In this document: piece by piece, positions 16,764 to 27,356 of the stretch
How the letters are laid out: each line of letters opens with the position of its first letter
Numbering within the stretch: the first letter of the stretch is position 1
DNA from: a virus
Lineage: Duplodnaviria > Caudoviricetes
Direction: 5' to 3' (one strand)
DNA length: 51,418 bases
IMG/VR virus record: IMGVR_UViG_3300024222_000008
Location: 1-51,418 of that record
Program-made: the position numbers and the translations under genes
Notes under the pieces: generated by a model
Seen by the model: the letters and a program-made list of their open reading frames with translations, nothing else
Databases searched by the model: none
Told to the model about the DNA's origin: nothing

Positions 16764-19700
16764 TCATGGCGCCGGGGCGGTCTTCGGGTGGTCGCGCCAG
16801 GGCGCGGTCTCGTTCCACCAGTGGATGCCGTAGAGCGCCGTCATCAGCCCGGCGACCACGACCTTGGCAGGGCCGGGCAGCACGTTCCACGGCTTCTGCA
16901 ACGCCTTGAACAGCGGCGCCGCGACATCGTCGGCCAGCCCCAGCGCGGCGTTGGTGGCACCGCCCTGCGGCATGCCGCCTGGCTGGATCGGCTTGCCGTC
17001 CGGTTCTTCCAGCCCGTCGATCCCCGGCACGCCGGCGCCGGCCGGATCATCGTCCGCGCCGGTCTCCAGGGTGCTGCCCTTGGGACCCGCCACGACGTCG
17101 GCGAATGACGAAGCGATCTTCGGCGAGGTCAGATATTGCATCATGGCACTGGTCACGCCCTTCAGGGCGGGACCCCCGGCGGCGTTCATCATTGTTAGTC
17201 CTATTACCTCAAGCGGCTGCATGATCAGGTTGTAGAACGCCCGCGCCTGGTTGTGATACTGGGTGTTGGAGTTGGGGCTTTCGGCCTGCCCCACCCAGGG
17301 TGTGATCAGGTCCTTGGCGTTGCGCAGGATGTAGGCCGGCGTGGCCCCCTCCCAGAGCGAGGACAGGTCGCTGGTGTAGCGCAGGCTGTCGATCACCTGC
17401 GCTAACGGATCGAACGTCCCGGCGATCCCGGAGCGCGACACCCCGAGGCCGAACAACCACTCGCCCAGGTCGCCGGTCTTCGCGTGCTTCTGCCAGTTGT
17501 CCTGGTCGAAGATGTATTGCCGCGGCACCGAGGTCAGCATGCTGGCGAGGATGGTCGCCGCCACCGTCACCCCCGCCGCGATGGCGGCCCGCGAGAACCC
17601 CCTGGCGCCGCCGGCAAAGCCACGCGCCTTGGCGCCGAAGTCACCGGCGCCGCCCGCCTTGGCGCGCTCGTAGGACCGCTCATAGCCGCGTGTCCAGGCA
17701 TGCCCGATGCGGTGCGCCATCGGCTCCAGGATGTTCTTCACATAGGCATAGTTGAAGCTCATCAGCTGGGTCGCCAGGCTCAGCATCGGCACCCCGGACA
17801 GCTGCGGCCGGTCGATCTTGTAGGGGCTTTGGATCATCCGATCGACCAGCCGGCGGACGGCGAGGCCATACACGCCACGGAACTCGGAACTCTGCAGTTC
17901 AGTGGCCGGCACCGGGCCGTCATGCGACAGCATCCAGTTGGCGAACTGATCGCGCAGATTGTTGCCCTGGCTGGTGAGGCCCAGCTCCTTGAACATGCGC
18001 TCGGCGTCGTCGCGACGATCGGCCGCCCGGTCGCCCGGGTCCCTGTTCAGCAGGTCCCGGGACCACTTGCGCAGCAGCCAGTCCGAAGTGCCCACCGCGG
18101 CGCGGCGCTGCGCCGTGGTCAGCTGGGTCAGCAGCGACGCCTTATAGAACGCCGTCATGAACCGGTCGGTGCCCGGACTGTCGCTGTATTCCGCCCCGGT
18201 GCGGGCCTGCATGATGCTGTCGTAAGCCGACGAGGTGGTGATCCCCAGCATGTCACCGATCTCGGCCCGTTCACGCGCCGACGCGGTCCGAAACACGCTG
18301 GCGAACTGGTTGGCGAAACTGTGCCAGGCCGCTTTCATCTCGCCGGTCGCCATCGCCGCGTTGATCGGCTCGGCCAGCGAGGACCAGGCCGATCGGCTCA
18401 TCAGCAACACCGCGCCCATCGCGTGCAGCTGCTGGTTGGCCTTCTGGACATCGCGGTTGGCTTTGTAGGTGAGCCGCCCGGTGGCCTGATTGACCAGCGA
18501 CTGGAAGCGTTGCAGGTCGGGTCCCGACACCCCGGCGTCAGTGGCTTTTTGGATCTGGTCCTGCAGGAATTTGTCTTCTTTGCCGAACAACCGGGTCCAC
18601 ACGATCCGGCGGGACACACTGTCGAAGTATCTTGGCAGCGCCACCCGCGGATCGATGTGCATATACTTGGCCATGATCTGGTCGGCTTCCGGCGGCAGCA
18701 CCCGCCGGTTGAGGAACCGGCCCGAAGGCCCCATGGTCTCGAAATCGAGCGGGTCGCCTTTCAGGATGCGGTCCCGCCAGTCACTGGCCGCCAGGTCGGC
18801 GACGTGGTCCCGGACCAGGTCATGGTTGTCCCGCGCCAGCTGTTCAGCCTCCGTCTTGAGCTGGGCGAGTTGCGCCTGCAGCGTCGGATCATTCGGGCTG
18901 GCCGCCAGGGCTTCCTGGGTCTTGGCCTGCTCGCGCAGGTTCTTGCGCAGCGCCTTCATCTCGACCGGCACCGAGGCTGAGGTCGGCGGAATGGCGGCAC
19001 GTTCAGCCTTGGTCAGCTGTCTCCAGCGTTCCAGCAACCGGACCGGATCGTCCCCCGGGGCGCCCACGTCCTTGTCGAACATGACCTGGTGCATCTGCAT
19101 CGCGGCGGCATGGAACCCCTGCGGATCGCTATAAATCGCATGCTCGTCATAGATGCGGGGGAAGTAACCGTTCGGCGCGACGCCCACCTCGTGGCCGGTA
19201 TTGGTGAGTTCGCGATACAACGGGTTGAGCATTTCGTTCTGCAGCTGACCGGCGATCTTGACCAGGTTGGCCGGCACCGGCAGGCCCTGGTAAGTCGCCT
19301 CCCCGGTGGTCATGACGTGATGGATCATGGCGTTTTCCATCGCCGTCATCTGGTTGGCGTTGCTGATCCCGTTGTTCTCGAAGATCCGCCCCATCTGGTT
19401 GCGCAGACGGTTGTCCAGCGCACGGTGTTCCTCACCGAAGGTCTCGCCCACCGCCCGCCCGCTGCCCGGGTCCGGGCTGAGCTTGTCGTAGATCGCCTGC
19501 AACGCCCGACCGCCGGGGCCGGCGTTGCGTGCGATGATCACCTTCATATGGGCGCCGTAGGAATACAGGAAGGTGCGCGCCTGGTCGGCGGCGCGGGTGG
19601 AGCGGGTCAGACCCTTGGGTGCCGCCGGGCGCAGATCGCCGCCGGTTAACTCGTTGACCGGGTGCCGTAGTTTCTGCAGCGCGATGCTGAGACCGTTCAG

Positions 19701-22700
19701 CTCGCGCCGCACCGCCTGACCCAGACTGGAGCGTTGCTGCGCCGGGGTGGTCTGCCTGGCCCAGCCGATGGTGGCGGCCGGAAAATCCGCCTTCGGCGCG
19801 GTGGGACCGGTGATGATGCCGTCGTTCTTCAGGCGGTCAAACAGATCGGTGTAGGCGGCGAAGATCGCCATCCGCTCGGCGTCCTTCGGGAACGTCATCT
19901 TGAGCCGGCGGTCGGTGGCGTTCAGGTAGGCTTCATCCGGCATCACCACGCCGCGCGGGTCGACCCCGTTGTTCTCCATCTGGCGGGCGATCCAGGCTTC
20001 CCCGGTGCGCGCCAGCATTTCGTGCGCCGAGGCCCAGTAGCTCGGCTTGCCGAACTGCGCTGCCATCTGGCGGAACTGGCTGGGCTGGATCTGTTGCCGG
20101 GAAGCGCCCTTGTCCAGCGCATCAAGATTACGCTGGGCTTCCTGGGCCGCCCTGGTCGGGTTGCCGGCTCTGTCCACCCGGGCGGCCTGTTGCTCCAGGT
20201 TGATCCGGTGCAGCGCCGCCGCGCCTTCGTCATAGAACATCGTGTTGATCAGCTTGGCGAACGCCGCCTGGGTGCCGTCGCGCGTGTCCAGCACGCCCTC
20301 ACGGGTGTGACGGCTCAGCAGGTTCTGTAACGCCGGGTTGTTCAGCAGCTGCTCGGTGAGGTGGTGGTCCAGCGCGTGTATCCACTCGTGACCGAACGAG
20401 TTGGCGTCGTTGACCAGATGGATGGTCTTGGTGCCGCCGTCATAGGCGCCGAAGTATTCCCGCTTGCCCCTGGGTTCGATCTGGAACGCCAGTCTGCCGT
20501 CCAGCGAGATCAGCTGCGGCCGCATGCCCAGCGCGTGCGCCATGTCCTGCGCCGCGCGGGTCATCTCCAGCATGGTGTCGCGAGCGAACATCGGGTTGAC
20601 CCCGGACGCGACCGTCACATTGCGGAACCCGAAATGGTCCTTCAGGTGGTCCGAGAGAACCTTGTTCTGCCAGGCCAGGGGTCGGTTGACCGCCAAGTCA
20701 GGATCAACGCCGGCGGCCGTGAACACTGACCGATAGACCGAGGTGCCGTCGTTGAGTTTGTAATGCTCGACGTCCTTAGGAAGATAGCGACCCCTTGGAA
20801 AGGGACTGATGTCGCTGACCGTCGCTGACGCATCCTCTACGGGACCACTGGTCCCAGTGTCCTGGTCGGCCAGTAGATCCGCCTGGCGGCCCGGGGCGGC
20901 TCCGGCATTTGCTGGTTCGACCGGGCGAAGCTGCTTGGCAATGTCTTCTGGCGCATTGAAGGCGTGTATCGGCGGGGCCATGCCGGTGCCTTCGACCGCC
21001 TCAGTATCGGTCGCGGCCTGGACCGCCGGATGATCGCGCGGCACATCGACATACTGGACCGGCTGACCCTTCCGGTAGTCCCGCGCATAGACATAATGCG
21101 GTGTTACCCAGCGTGAACCGCCGGAGGTCGGGTTGGCACCTCCGTGATACAAACGCACATGACCGTCCGGCACTGGTGGCAGATTTGGTGGTGCAGCCGC
21201 CACGGCCGCTGCTGGGGGTGCCGCGGCGGCTGCGGTGCCAGGCGTGGGCTGTCCAGATCCACGGGCGAACACCCGGGTCTGCGCCTGGTCACTTCGCACG
21301 GGCATCCCGACGCCCATGGTCTCGCCCTGGGCGTTACGGGCGAACAGGCGGTCATCACCGCCGCTCTTACCCTTTACCTTGGGGGCGGCCACGATCGTCC
21401 CGCCGGGACCAGCCGCCCCGATCAGGGCGTGATAAACCGGTTTCTGCAGCGTGACATGCGTGCCGTCAGGCGTAGTGCCGATGACAACACGCGTGCCTTT
21501 CACCTCCGGCGCCGCGACCTCGCGCTCCCAGGTGACCGGCTGGTAGGTGACCTTGGGATCAGGCTTGACCACCTTGTCCAGCATGCCCGGGTCGACCGTC
21601 CGACTGGTCGAGGTCTTCAGCTTGGCGGTCTGAGCCGCGGCGCGATCCAGTGAATTACCGCGGACCATCACGTGCCCGGTGCCGACCCAGGCGTTGCCCG
21701 CGGTATCGGCGCCACGGACCACCGTCTGGTTGGCCATGGCGAAGATCTTGTCGGCCCCGGCGCCGGTGGTCTCGGGGGTGGTGCCCTCCGCATGAACCCG
21801 GGCGTCTACCAGGGCCTGGTGTTCGGCGAGCGCCGCCTGATGCGTCTTGGCCAGGTCGCCGCCGACATTTGGTCCACCAAATACGTTGGTCGGCTTCGGC
21901 GGTGGTCCCACAGACTGGTTCAACTGGTCCTGGGTTTCCTGGACCCGCTGTTGTAGAGCCGCCAACTGCTCGGGCGTGGTCTTCGGTGAGCGTTCTGCCT
22001 TGGCCAGAGCCTGGCGGGCCTTGTTATCGGCGCCCACCAGGGCCGCCATCTCTTCGGTGGTGACCGGGCGCTTGGCGGTTACGTCGGGGGCGGCAACAGT
22101 TCCGGCTGGTTCCGCTGACGGCGCTGGCGTTTGCCCCGGCGCTGGCTCGGCGGGCGGTGCTGGTTGATGATCTCCCGCGCCAGGGACCTGATCTCCTTGG
22201 CCCCCAACAACCCCCGGTTCTCCGGGCGCCAGAACTCCCGCAGCACCCGTCTCGCCCACAGGAGTTGTTGGTCCGGGTCCTCCGGCGGTGATACCAGATC
22301 CGTCATCCGGCGGCACCGTAACAGATTGTGGGGGACCAGACGATGGTGGAGGTGCGGTTTCAGTTTGAGCCACCGTGGCCGGGGGAACTGGAGCCGTTTC
22401 TGGCGGCACTGGTGTTTCAGATGCAGGCGTGGCTGGCGCAGCCTGGACTGCCGGAACCTCCGCCGGAGGTGGCACCGGAACTGGCTCAGCCGTTCTTCCG
22501 GGCACTGGCGCCGGCGCTGGCTCAGTGGCTGGCGCAGTATCAGGAGGTGCTGCCACCGGGGCTGATACAGCAGGCACTGGCACTGGCGGCACAGCTGCAG
22601 GGCCGGGTGACGGTTCACTGACCGGCGGCACAGGAGCAGGCGCTGGCGGCTCGGGGACAGGAGGCGCTGCCGCGGCAGGTGCGGGTGGTTCAGGCGGCGA

Positions 22701-23570
22701 CGGTGGTCTTGCTTCTGGCCCCGGCGCCGGCAGACGTCCTGGTTCCGCCGGTGGTCCCGGCCCTGGTCCCCGATCCGGCGTGACCGTGGGCATGAACGCC
22801 TGTTCTTCCAGGCTGCGCATGTGAGGACCCATGCCGGCCCCCGGCACGTGCGGCGCGCCGGTCATGCCGCCGGTCTCCGCCATCGCGGTCAGATCGCGTG
22901 CCAGCGGCTCGGGCATACCCAGGCCCTTGGCGGTCTCGTAGATCATCGCCAGGCCGCCGGAGAACCCGGCCCCCAACGCCTTGACGATCAGGTTGACGTC
23001 CCGTGCGTTGGTCCCGAGGCCCCACTTGTCGGCGAATGCCAGGGCGGTCGGCGTCAGCGCATCCGGCGTGTTCTGGAAACCCTGTCGGGTGGCACCGAGG
23101 ACATGCTCGAACCCGGTGGCGTTCTGCAGCACCTGGTCCGGGATCTGCGGCGCCACAAGCTGCCCTGGCTGCGGCACCATGCGGTCCTCCAGCGGCGTAG
23201 GCGCTGGCAGGGGCGCGGGAGGCGCTGGAGCCGTCGCCGACGCGACGTCGGGAAAGATGCCCGATAGACCCGACGCTGGTTGCGGAACCACCGTGACGGT
23301 GGGTATCTGATCTGGCTGCAGGATGCCCGACAACGCCGGCACCGCCGCGGGTGCGGGAGCCACTGGCGCCGCCGGGACAGGTGGAGCAAGGGGAGGTGCG
23401 TCTGGCAGGACTGTCGCCATGGGCAGCGATGACGGCGCGGGCGAAGACACATCATCCGGCAGGATCGTTGCCATCGGCAACGCCGATGACGTGGGCGACG
23501 ACATCGGCGCAGACGCATCATCTGGCAGGATCGTCGCCATGGGCAGTTGGGCGAGGGAGCCGTCAGGCAT
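16764..23570 (-). CDS. giant polyvalent internal virion/ejection protein (2268 aa)
   Basis: Last gene of the virion operon; Pro-rich N-terminus; HEWIH zincin motif; LPD1-like YWASAHEMLAR..EAW; long helical C-terminal region. Confidence 0.85.
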   Translation of the reverse strand: MPDGSLAQLPMATILPDDASAPMSSPTSSALPMATILPDDVSSPAPSSLPMATVLPDAPPLAPPVPAAPVAPAPAAVPALSGILQPDQIPTVTVVPQPASGLSGIFPDVASATAPAPPAPLPAPTPLEDRMVPQPGQLVAPQIPDQVLQNATGFEHVLGATRQGFQNTPDALTPTALAFADKWGLGTNARDVNLIVKALGAGFSGGLAMIYETAKGLGMPEPLARDLTAMAETGGMTGAPHVPGAGMGPHMRSLEEQAFMPTVTPDRGPGPGPPAEPGRLPAPGPEARPPSPPEPPAPAAAAPPVPEPPAPAPVPPVSEPSPGPAAVPPVPVPAVSAPVAAPPDTAPATEPAPAPVPGRTAEPVPVPPPAEVPAVQAAPATPASETPVPPETAPVPPATVAQTETAPPPSSGPPQSVTVPPDDGSGITAGGPGPTTPVGETGAAGVLAPGEPGVVGGQGDQVPGAGDHQPAPPAEPAPGQTPAPSAEPAGTVAAPDVTAKRPVTTEEMAALVGADNKARQALAKAERSPKTTPEQLAALQQRVQETQDQLNQSVGPPPKPTNVFGGPNVGGDLAKTHQAALAEHQALVDARVHAEGTTPETTGAGADKIFAMANQTVVRGADTAGNAWVGTGHVMVRGNSLDRAAAQTAKLKTSTSRTVDPGMLDKVVKPDPKVTYQPVTWEREVAAPEVKGTRVVIGTTPDGTHVTLQKPVYHALIGAAGPGGTIVAAPKVKGKSGGDDRLFARNAQGETMGVGMPVRSDQAQTRVFARGSGQPTPGTAAAAAPPAAAVAAAPPNLPPVPDGHVRLYHGGANPTSGGSRWVTPHYVYARDYRKGQPVQYVDVPRDHPAVQAATDTEAVEGTGMAPPIHAFNAPEDIAKQLRPVEPANAGAAPGRQADLLADQDTGTSGPVEDASATVSDISPFPRGRYLPKDVEHYKLNDGTSVYRSVFTAAGVDPDLAVNRPLAWQNKVLSDHLKDHFGFRNVTVASGVNPMFARDTMLEMTRAAQDMAHALGMRPQLISLDGRLAFQIEPRGKREYFGAYDGGTKTIHLVNDANSFGHEWIHALDHHLTEQLLNNPALQNLLSRHTREGVLDTRDGTQAAFAKLINTMFYDEGAAALHRINLEQQAARVDRAGNPTRAAQEAQRNLDALDKGASRQQIQPSQFRQMAAQFGKPSYWASAHEMLARTGEAWIARQMENNGVDPRGVVMPDEAYLNATDRRLKMTFPKDAERMAIFAAYTDLFDRLKNDGIITGPTAPKADFPAATIGWARQTTPAQQRSSLGQAVRRELNGLSIALQKLRHPVNELTGGDLRPAAPKGLTRSTRAADQARTFLYSYGAHMKVIIARNAGPGGRALQAIYDKLSPDPGSGRAVGETFGEEHRALDNRLRNQMGRIFENNGISNANQMTAMENAMIHHVMTTGEATYQGLPVPANLVKIAGQLQNEMLNPLYRELTNTGHEVGVAPNGYFPRIYDEHAIYSDPQGFHAAAMQMHQVMFDKDVGAPGDDPVRLLERWRQLTKAERAAIPPTSASVPVEMKALRKNLREQAKTQEALAASPNDPTLQAQLAQLKTEAEQLARDNHDLVRDHVADLAASDWRDRILKGDPLDFETMGPSGRFLNRRVLPPEADQIMAKYMHIDPRVALPRYFDSVSRRIVWTRLFGKEDKFLQDQIQKATDAGVSGPDLQRFQSLVNQATGRLTYKANRDVQKANQQLHAMGAVLLMSRSAWSSLAEPINAAMATGEMKAAWHSFANQFASVFRTASARERAEIGDMLGITTSSAYDSIMQARTGAEYSDSPGTDRFMTAFYKASLLTQLTTAQRRAAVGTSDWLLRKWSRDLLNRDPGDRAADRRDDAERMFKELGLTSQGNNLRDQFANWMLSHDGPVPATELQSSEFRGVYGLAVRRLVDRMIQSPYKIDRPQLSGVPMLSLATQLMSFNYAYVKNILEPMAHRIGHAWTRGYERSYERAKAGGAGDFGAKARGFAGGARGFSRAAIAAGVTVAATILASMLTSVPRQYIFDQDNWQKHAKTGDLGEWLFGLGVSRSGIAGTFDPLAQVIDSLRYTSDLSSLWEGATPAYILRNAKDLITPWVGQAESPNSNTQYHNQARAFYNLIMQPLEVIGLTMMNAAGGPALKGVTSAMMQYLTSPKIASSFADVVAGPKGSTLETGADDDPAGAGVPGIDGLEEPDGKPIQPGGMPQGGATNAALGLADDVAAPLFKALQKPWNVLPGPAKVVVAGLMTALYGIHWWNETAPWRDHPKTAPAP

Positions 23571-24080
23571 CTATCCAGTCCCAAAGAACCGCTGATTATA
23601 GTCCTGCACCGGCTGCATGGCGCGGGTCACCGCCGCCGAAAGACCACCGCCGCCGCCGGCCGCGTTCATCAGCGAGGCCAGCAGCATCGGGTTTGGTCCC
23701 TGGGCCTGCTGCGGTGCGGGCGCGGCGGCAGGAGGTGGTGGAGGTGGCGCCGGCGGCTGGTCGCCGATCGGCGGCAGCCTGGCATCTCCTGGGTTGCCCG
23801 CGATGTAGCTGGACAGCGCCGGATTGCACCCCGGGCAGGTCCAGTCGCCGAGGCCGCGCTTGGCCACCGCCTGCTGGAACACCGCGTCCTGCACCTCCGG
23901 TGGCGCCACCGCGGCGGTAGGATATTGCGACGTATCGACGCCCAGCTGCGAGCCATACAGGCGCCAGGTGGAGGGCACGAACTGGTAGGCGCCCGCCGCG
24001 CCCGACGACGGGTTCACCGCGGTGTAATTGCCACCGCTCTCGAAGTGCTTGACCAGATCGGCGAGGGACTGAAACGCCAT
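23571..24080 (-). CDS. virion-associated lytic transglycosylase
   Basis: ESGGNY.AVN..SGAAGAYQF..STW lysozyme-like motif. Confidence 0.85.
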   Translation of the reverse strand: MAFQSLADLVKHFESGGNYTAVNPSSGAAGAYQFVPSTWRLYGSQLGVDTSQYPTAAVAPPEVQDAVFQQAVAKRGLGDWTCPGCNPALSSYIAGNPGDARLPPIGDQPPAPPPPPPAAAPAPQQAQGPNPMLLASLMNAAGGGGGLSAAVTRAMQPVQDYNQRFFGTG

Positions 24081-24094
24081 CGTGGTTGGTCCCT

Positions 24095-26284
24095 CTATTG
24101 CGCGAACACCCAGCCACCGCGGACCACACCCACCTGATTGGTCCCGGGCACCGCCGCGCGCTTGCCGTCCGGCGTGCCCGGCGGCGCCTGAGCGATGGCG
24201 CCTGGCGGTGTGACGGCCGGGGGTGTTGCTGGACGTGGCGCCACGGGCACCGGCGGCACCGGCGGCACCTGCGGAGCAGCTGTCGAAGAGGTCGTTTGTT
24301 GATCGGCCACGGCTGGCGTCACCACACTGGACATCGCCATCGGGATCGTGGGAGCCTTGCCGCTCGGGAACGGCTTCCCGGTCTTCGGATCGACAATGTC
24401 CACCCGGAAATGCGGGACCTGCGTAATCGATCCATCCTTGTTGAACACCGGCTTGTTGATCGTCAGCGCAGTGAGCGAGCCAGGTGTCCAGCCGCCGGCG
24501 CGGCTTTGGTTCGGGTCGATATACTTGTCCCGGATCAGCTGCTGGATCGCGGCATCAGCCGCACCGACCCGATTACCCCGGATCGACTTGTCAGGACTGT
24601 AGGTGAAATACTGATCGGTCAGGTTTTGCAGCGTTGTCTCCAACTCGGGCGATGCCCCGGCCGGCAGCGTGTTGGTGTGCATCCCGCCGCCCTGCGATAA
24701 CGGAATGGTCGGCACTGGCAGCTGGCTCTGCAGCTGCCGATTGACGATGTTGCTATTGCGCACACTCTCATTAGCGTCGGTCGCCTTCGGCGCCATCGTC
24801 TGTGCCGAGGTGAAACCCTCGATCAGTGCCTGCCGTTTTACCGGATCTTTTTCGTTGACGATCTGCTGCTGCTGCGCCGCGGTAAACTGGTCCGCGCTGG
24901 TGGGCTGATAAAGCGGGCTACGGTTCTGTTGCGCGGTCGAGGTCGGCTCGCTGTAGGTAGCCGTGCCAGGACCACCAGGCTGCACCGTGACTGACGTGCC
25001 CTGCTGACGCTGCCGTTCGTCTTCCGTGCCGGCCTGATACAGCGGAACTTTATCGCGTTGTGCCTGTCCTGCCGGCATGCTGTAACTGGACGTGCCGGGA
25101 CCACTGGGCTGCACCGTGACCGGTGCGACGGTGGCGCTGAGCCGCGTGTTGGCCAGTGTCGGATCATAACCTGGTTGCCCCGGCTTCAAGTCCCTGCGCG
25201 AGATCAGGGTTTTGTTTCCTTGGTCGTCAACGGTGTCGACCAGCGCATCGCCGCGCGCTCTGTCCGCTTCCTCGTTCTTTAGGCGCTCCACAGCAGAGGC
25301 ACTGCCAGCTTGGATGTTGGCCACGGTGGCCGCGCTGCCGGCCTGGATGCCGGCGACGTCACGCTGGGTCTGACCCTGAATACCGGCGACCCGCATCTCG
25401 GGCCGATCCAGACCGCTCAGGACCTTCTCGGCGGTGACCTGGTCCATCTGGCCGTTCTTGACCCACTCCGCGACCACCGCGCGGCCCTGGGCAATCGCCT
25501 GTTCGGCGGGCAGGCCATGCAGCACACCCAGCGCGACATACTGCGCCAGGTTGAACGCCGCGGGCGCCGGTGAGCCGTCCGAGGCGGCCGGACCTGACAT
25601 CTTCACGCCGCCGCCGGCGGGCGTGAGGCTGCCTGGGTGCAGTGGGCCAGCCCCCTCCCCCGCCGGCGTGCTGCCGTCCGTCCCGGTGGTGTTGGGTGCC
25701 GGCGGCGCGCTCGGCGCCGGCGGTGACGCTGGCGGCAACGGCGGTCCCACGTTCGAGCTGGATGCCTTGTCCATGGCCTGCGCGATCACCTGGGACATCG
25801 CCGCCGGGGTTGTGGTCTGCGGCACCCAGTTCCCCGCACCACCGCCTTCGCCGCCGCCCTGGAAGCCCGGGACAGGTGCAGCCGCGGGCGTGGGACCAGG
25901 CGCAGGCGCGGGACCAGGCGCTGGTCCCCCGCCGCCGCCAGCCACCAGACCCGACAAGCTGGGCGGCGGTGGCGCAGCGGCGGGGGCGGCCGCGGCAGGC
26001 GCGGGAGGTGGCGCAGCCGCTGCAGGGTCCGTCAAGATCTGTTGCCCGGTCGACGGGTCGGTCTGATACGTCGGCTGGCCAGGCGCCTGGCCGAACACCA
26101 TCCCCAGTTGCTGATGCCCGGCCGCGAATTGCTCTTTCAGCCGGGCGCTTTCCAGCTGGGCCTTGCGCTGCTCGGCGCCGTAATAGCCCGCCTGAGCGAC
26201 CTTGGACGGGTCCGGGAACAACGCCCCCGACAGGTTCCCCAGGCCCTGGTCCCAGGCTGCATTGCCGGTGTTGAATGCGGGCAT
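24095..26284 (-). CDS. internal virion/ejection protein, Pro/Gln-rich
   Basis: Position among ejection genes; internal ~30-aa duplication. Confidence 0.7.
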   Translation of the reverse strand: MPAFNTGNAAWDQGLGNLSGALFPDPSKVAQAGYYGAEQRKAQLESARLKEQFAAGHQQLGMVFGQAPGQPTYQTDPSTGQQILTDPAAAAPPPAPAAAAPAAAPPPPSLSGLVAGGGGGPAPGPAPAPGPTPAAAPVPGFQGGGEGGGAGNWVPQTTTPAAMSQVIAQAMDKASSSNVGPPLPPASPPAPSAPPAPNTTGTDGSTPAGEGAGPLHPGSLTPAGGGVKMSGPAASDGSPAPAAFNLAQYVALGVLHGLPAEQAIAQGRAVVAEWVKNGQMDQVTAEKVLSGLDRPEMRVAGIQGQTQRDVAGIQAGSAATVANIQAGSASAVERLKNEEADRARGDALVDTVDDQGNKTLISRRDLKPGQPGYDPTLANTRLSATVAPVTVQPSGPGTSSYSMPAGQAQRDKVPLYQAGTEDERQRQQGTSVTVQPGGPGTATYSEPTSTAQQNRSPLYQPTSADQFTAAQQQQIVNEKDPVKRQALIEGFTSAQTMAPKATDANESVRNSNIVNRQLQSQLPVPTIPLSQGGGMHTNTLPAGASPELETTLQNLTDQYFTYSPDKSIRGNRVGAADAAIQQLIRDKYIDPNQSRAGGWTPGSLTALTINKPVFNKDGSITQVPHFRVDIVDPKTGKPFPSGKAPTIPMAMSSVVTPAVADQQTTSSTAAPQVPPVPPVPVAPRPATPPAVTPPGAIAQAPPGTPDGKRAAVPGTNQVGVVRGGWVFAQ

Positions 26285-26297
26285 GTCAGATCACCTT

Positions 26298-27344
26298 TCA
26301 GGTCGGAACCGCCGGCGGCGTGGCCCCCGGCAGCAGGTTCTTGCCCAGGCCGCCATAGTAGGCCGCGCCGTAGAGACCCAAATTGCCGACGCCCGAGATG
26401 ATACCGCCCAGGCTCTGCTGATAGGCCGCGTCCTGTTTGGCCTGCGCCGCCTTGTTCGCTGCCAGCACGTCGGCGTCGCTCTGCCCGAGGTTGGCGATGT
26501 TGGTGGCATTGCCGTAGCTCAATCCCGCGGCATCCAGGGCGTTCTGACCGCGCGAGCCGATCAGGCCCAGCTGGGTCTGCCCCTCGCCCGTGGCGGCGCC
26601 GTAGGCCACCTGGGACGGCAGCAGACGCACGTTGCTGCCTGACCGCAGCAGGTAGTCCGCGGTCTGCGCCGGCATGATGCCGGTCTTGTTCTCCTGCACC
26701 GCAAGGTTGACGTCCTGGACCGGCGCGTCATAGGCGCTGAGCTTGCCGATCTTGGCGCCGTAGTCCCGGATGTTGGTGGCGGCTTCGGCGGTGCGACGCG
26801 CCGAGGCGGCCCGCGCGGCTGGGTCGTTGGCCACCGCATCGGTCCCGGACGGGTCAGTCGCTTCGGGACCCGCCGGGGTGGGCATGTTCTGCGCCAAGAG
26901 CGCCGCGGCCTGGTCCTGGCGTTGCTGTTCGCTCGTCGCCAACGCCTGCGCGTTGGTCCGCTGCAACAGATCCTGCGCCGCCGTGTCCCCCGTCTGGCGC
27001 AGCCGGTCCGCCTGGGTGTTCTCGGTGTTCAGCACGTCCTGGTAGGATTTCAGCGCGCTCAGCTGCGCCTGGCCGGTTTGTCGGGCCGCGGCCTGCTGGT
27101 CCTGGAAGGTCTGTTCCATCGCCGAGGTCTGCCCGGCGGTCTGCGCCAGGCTGGCTTGCATGCGCTGGTTGAACGCCTGCTGCTGCGCCTGCGAAGTCGC
27201 CTGGTTCTGCGCGCTGATCGCGTTGGCGGCCCTGCTCTGTGCCGCTGACGACTGCGCCGCGCCATACAGCGACGCCCCGGCACCGATCGTTGCCGCCGCG
27301 ATGGTGGCGTAGGTGGCGAGACTGGCTGAAATTGGCTCACACAT
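26298..27344 (-). CDS. internal virion/ejection protein
   Basis: MCEP start plus hydrophobic segment and Ala/Gln-rich helix, as in T7 gp14-like proteins. Confidence 0.75.
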   Translation of the reverse strand: MCEPISASLATYATIAAATIGAGASLYGAAQSSAAQSRAANAISAQNQATSQAQQQAFNQRMQASLAQTAGQTSAMEQTFQDQQAAARQTGQAQLSALKSYQDVLNTENTQADRLRQTGDTAAQDLLQRTNAQALATSEQQRQDQAAALLAQNMPTPAGPEATDPSGTDAVANDPAARAASARRTAEAATNIRDYGAKIGKLSAYDAPVQDVNLAVQENKTGIMPAQTADYLLRSGSNVRLLPSQVAYGAATGEGQTQLGLIGSRGQNALDAAGLSYGNATNIANLGQSDADVLAANKAAQAKQDAAYQQSLGGIISGVGNLGLYGAAYYGGLGKNLLPGATPPAVPT

Positions 27345-27356
27345 GGCTCAGCCCCT

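Noticed and set aside
17484-18980. Long plus-strand ORF (also 36967-38457, 39308-40264, 46789-48024)
   Set aside because: Antisense shadows of GC-rich genes with no motifs or RBS
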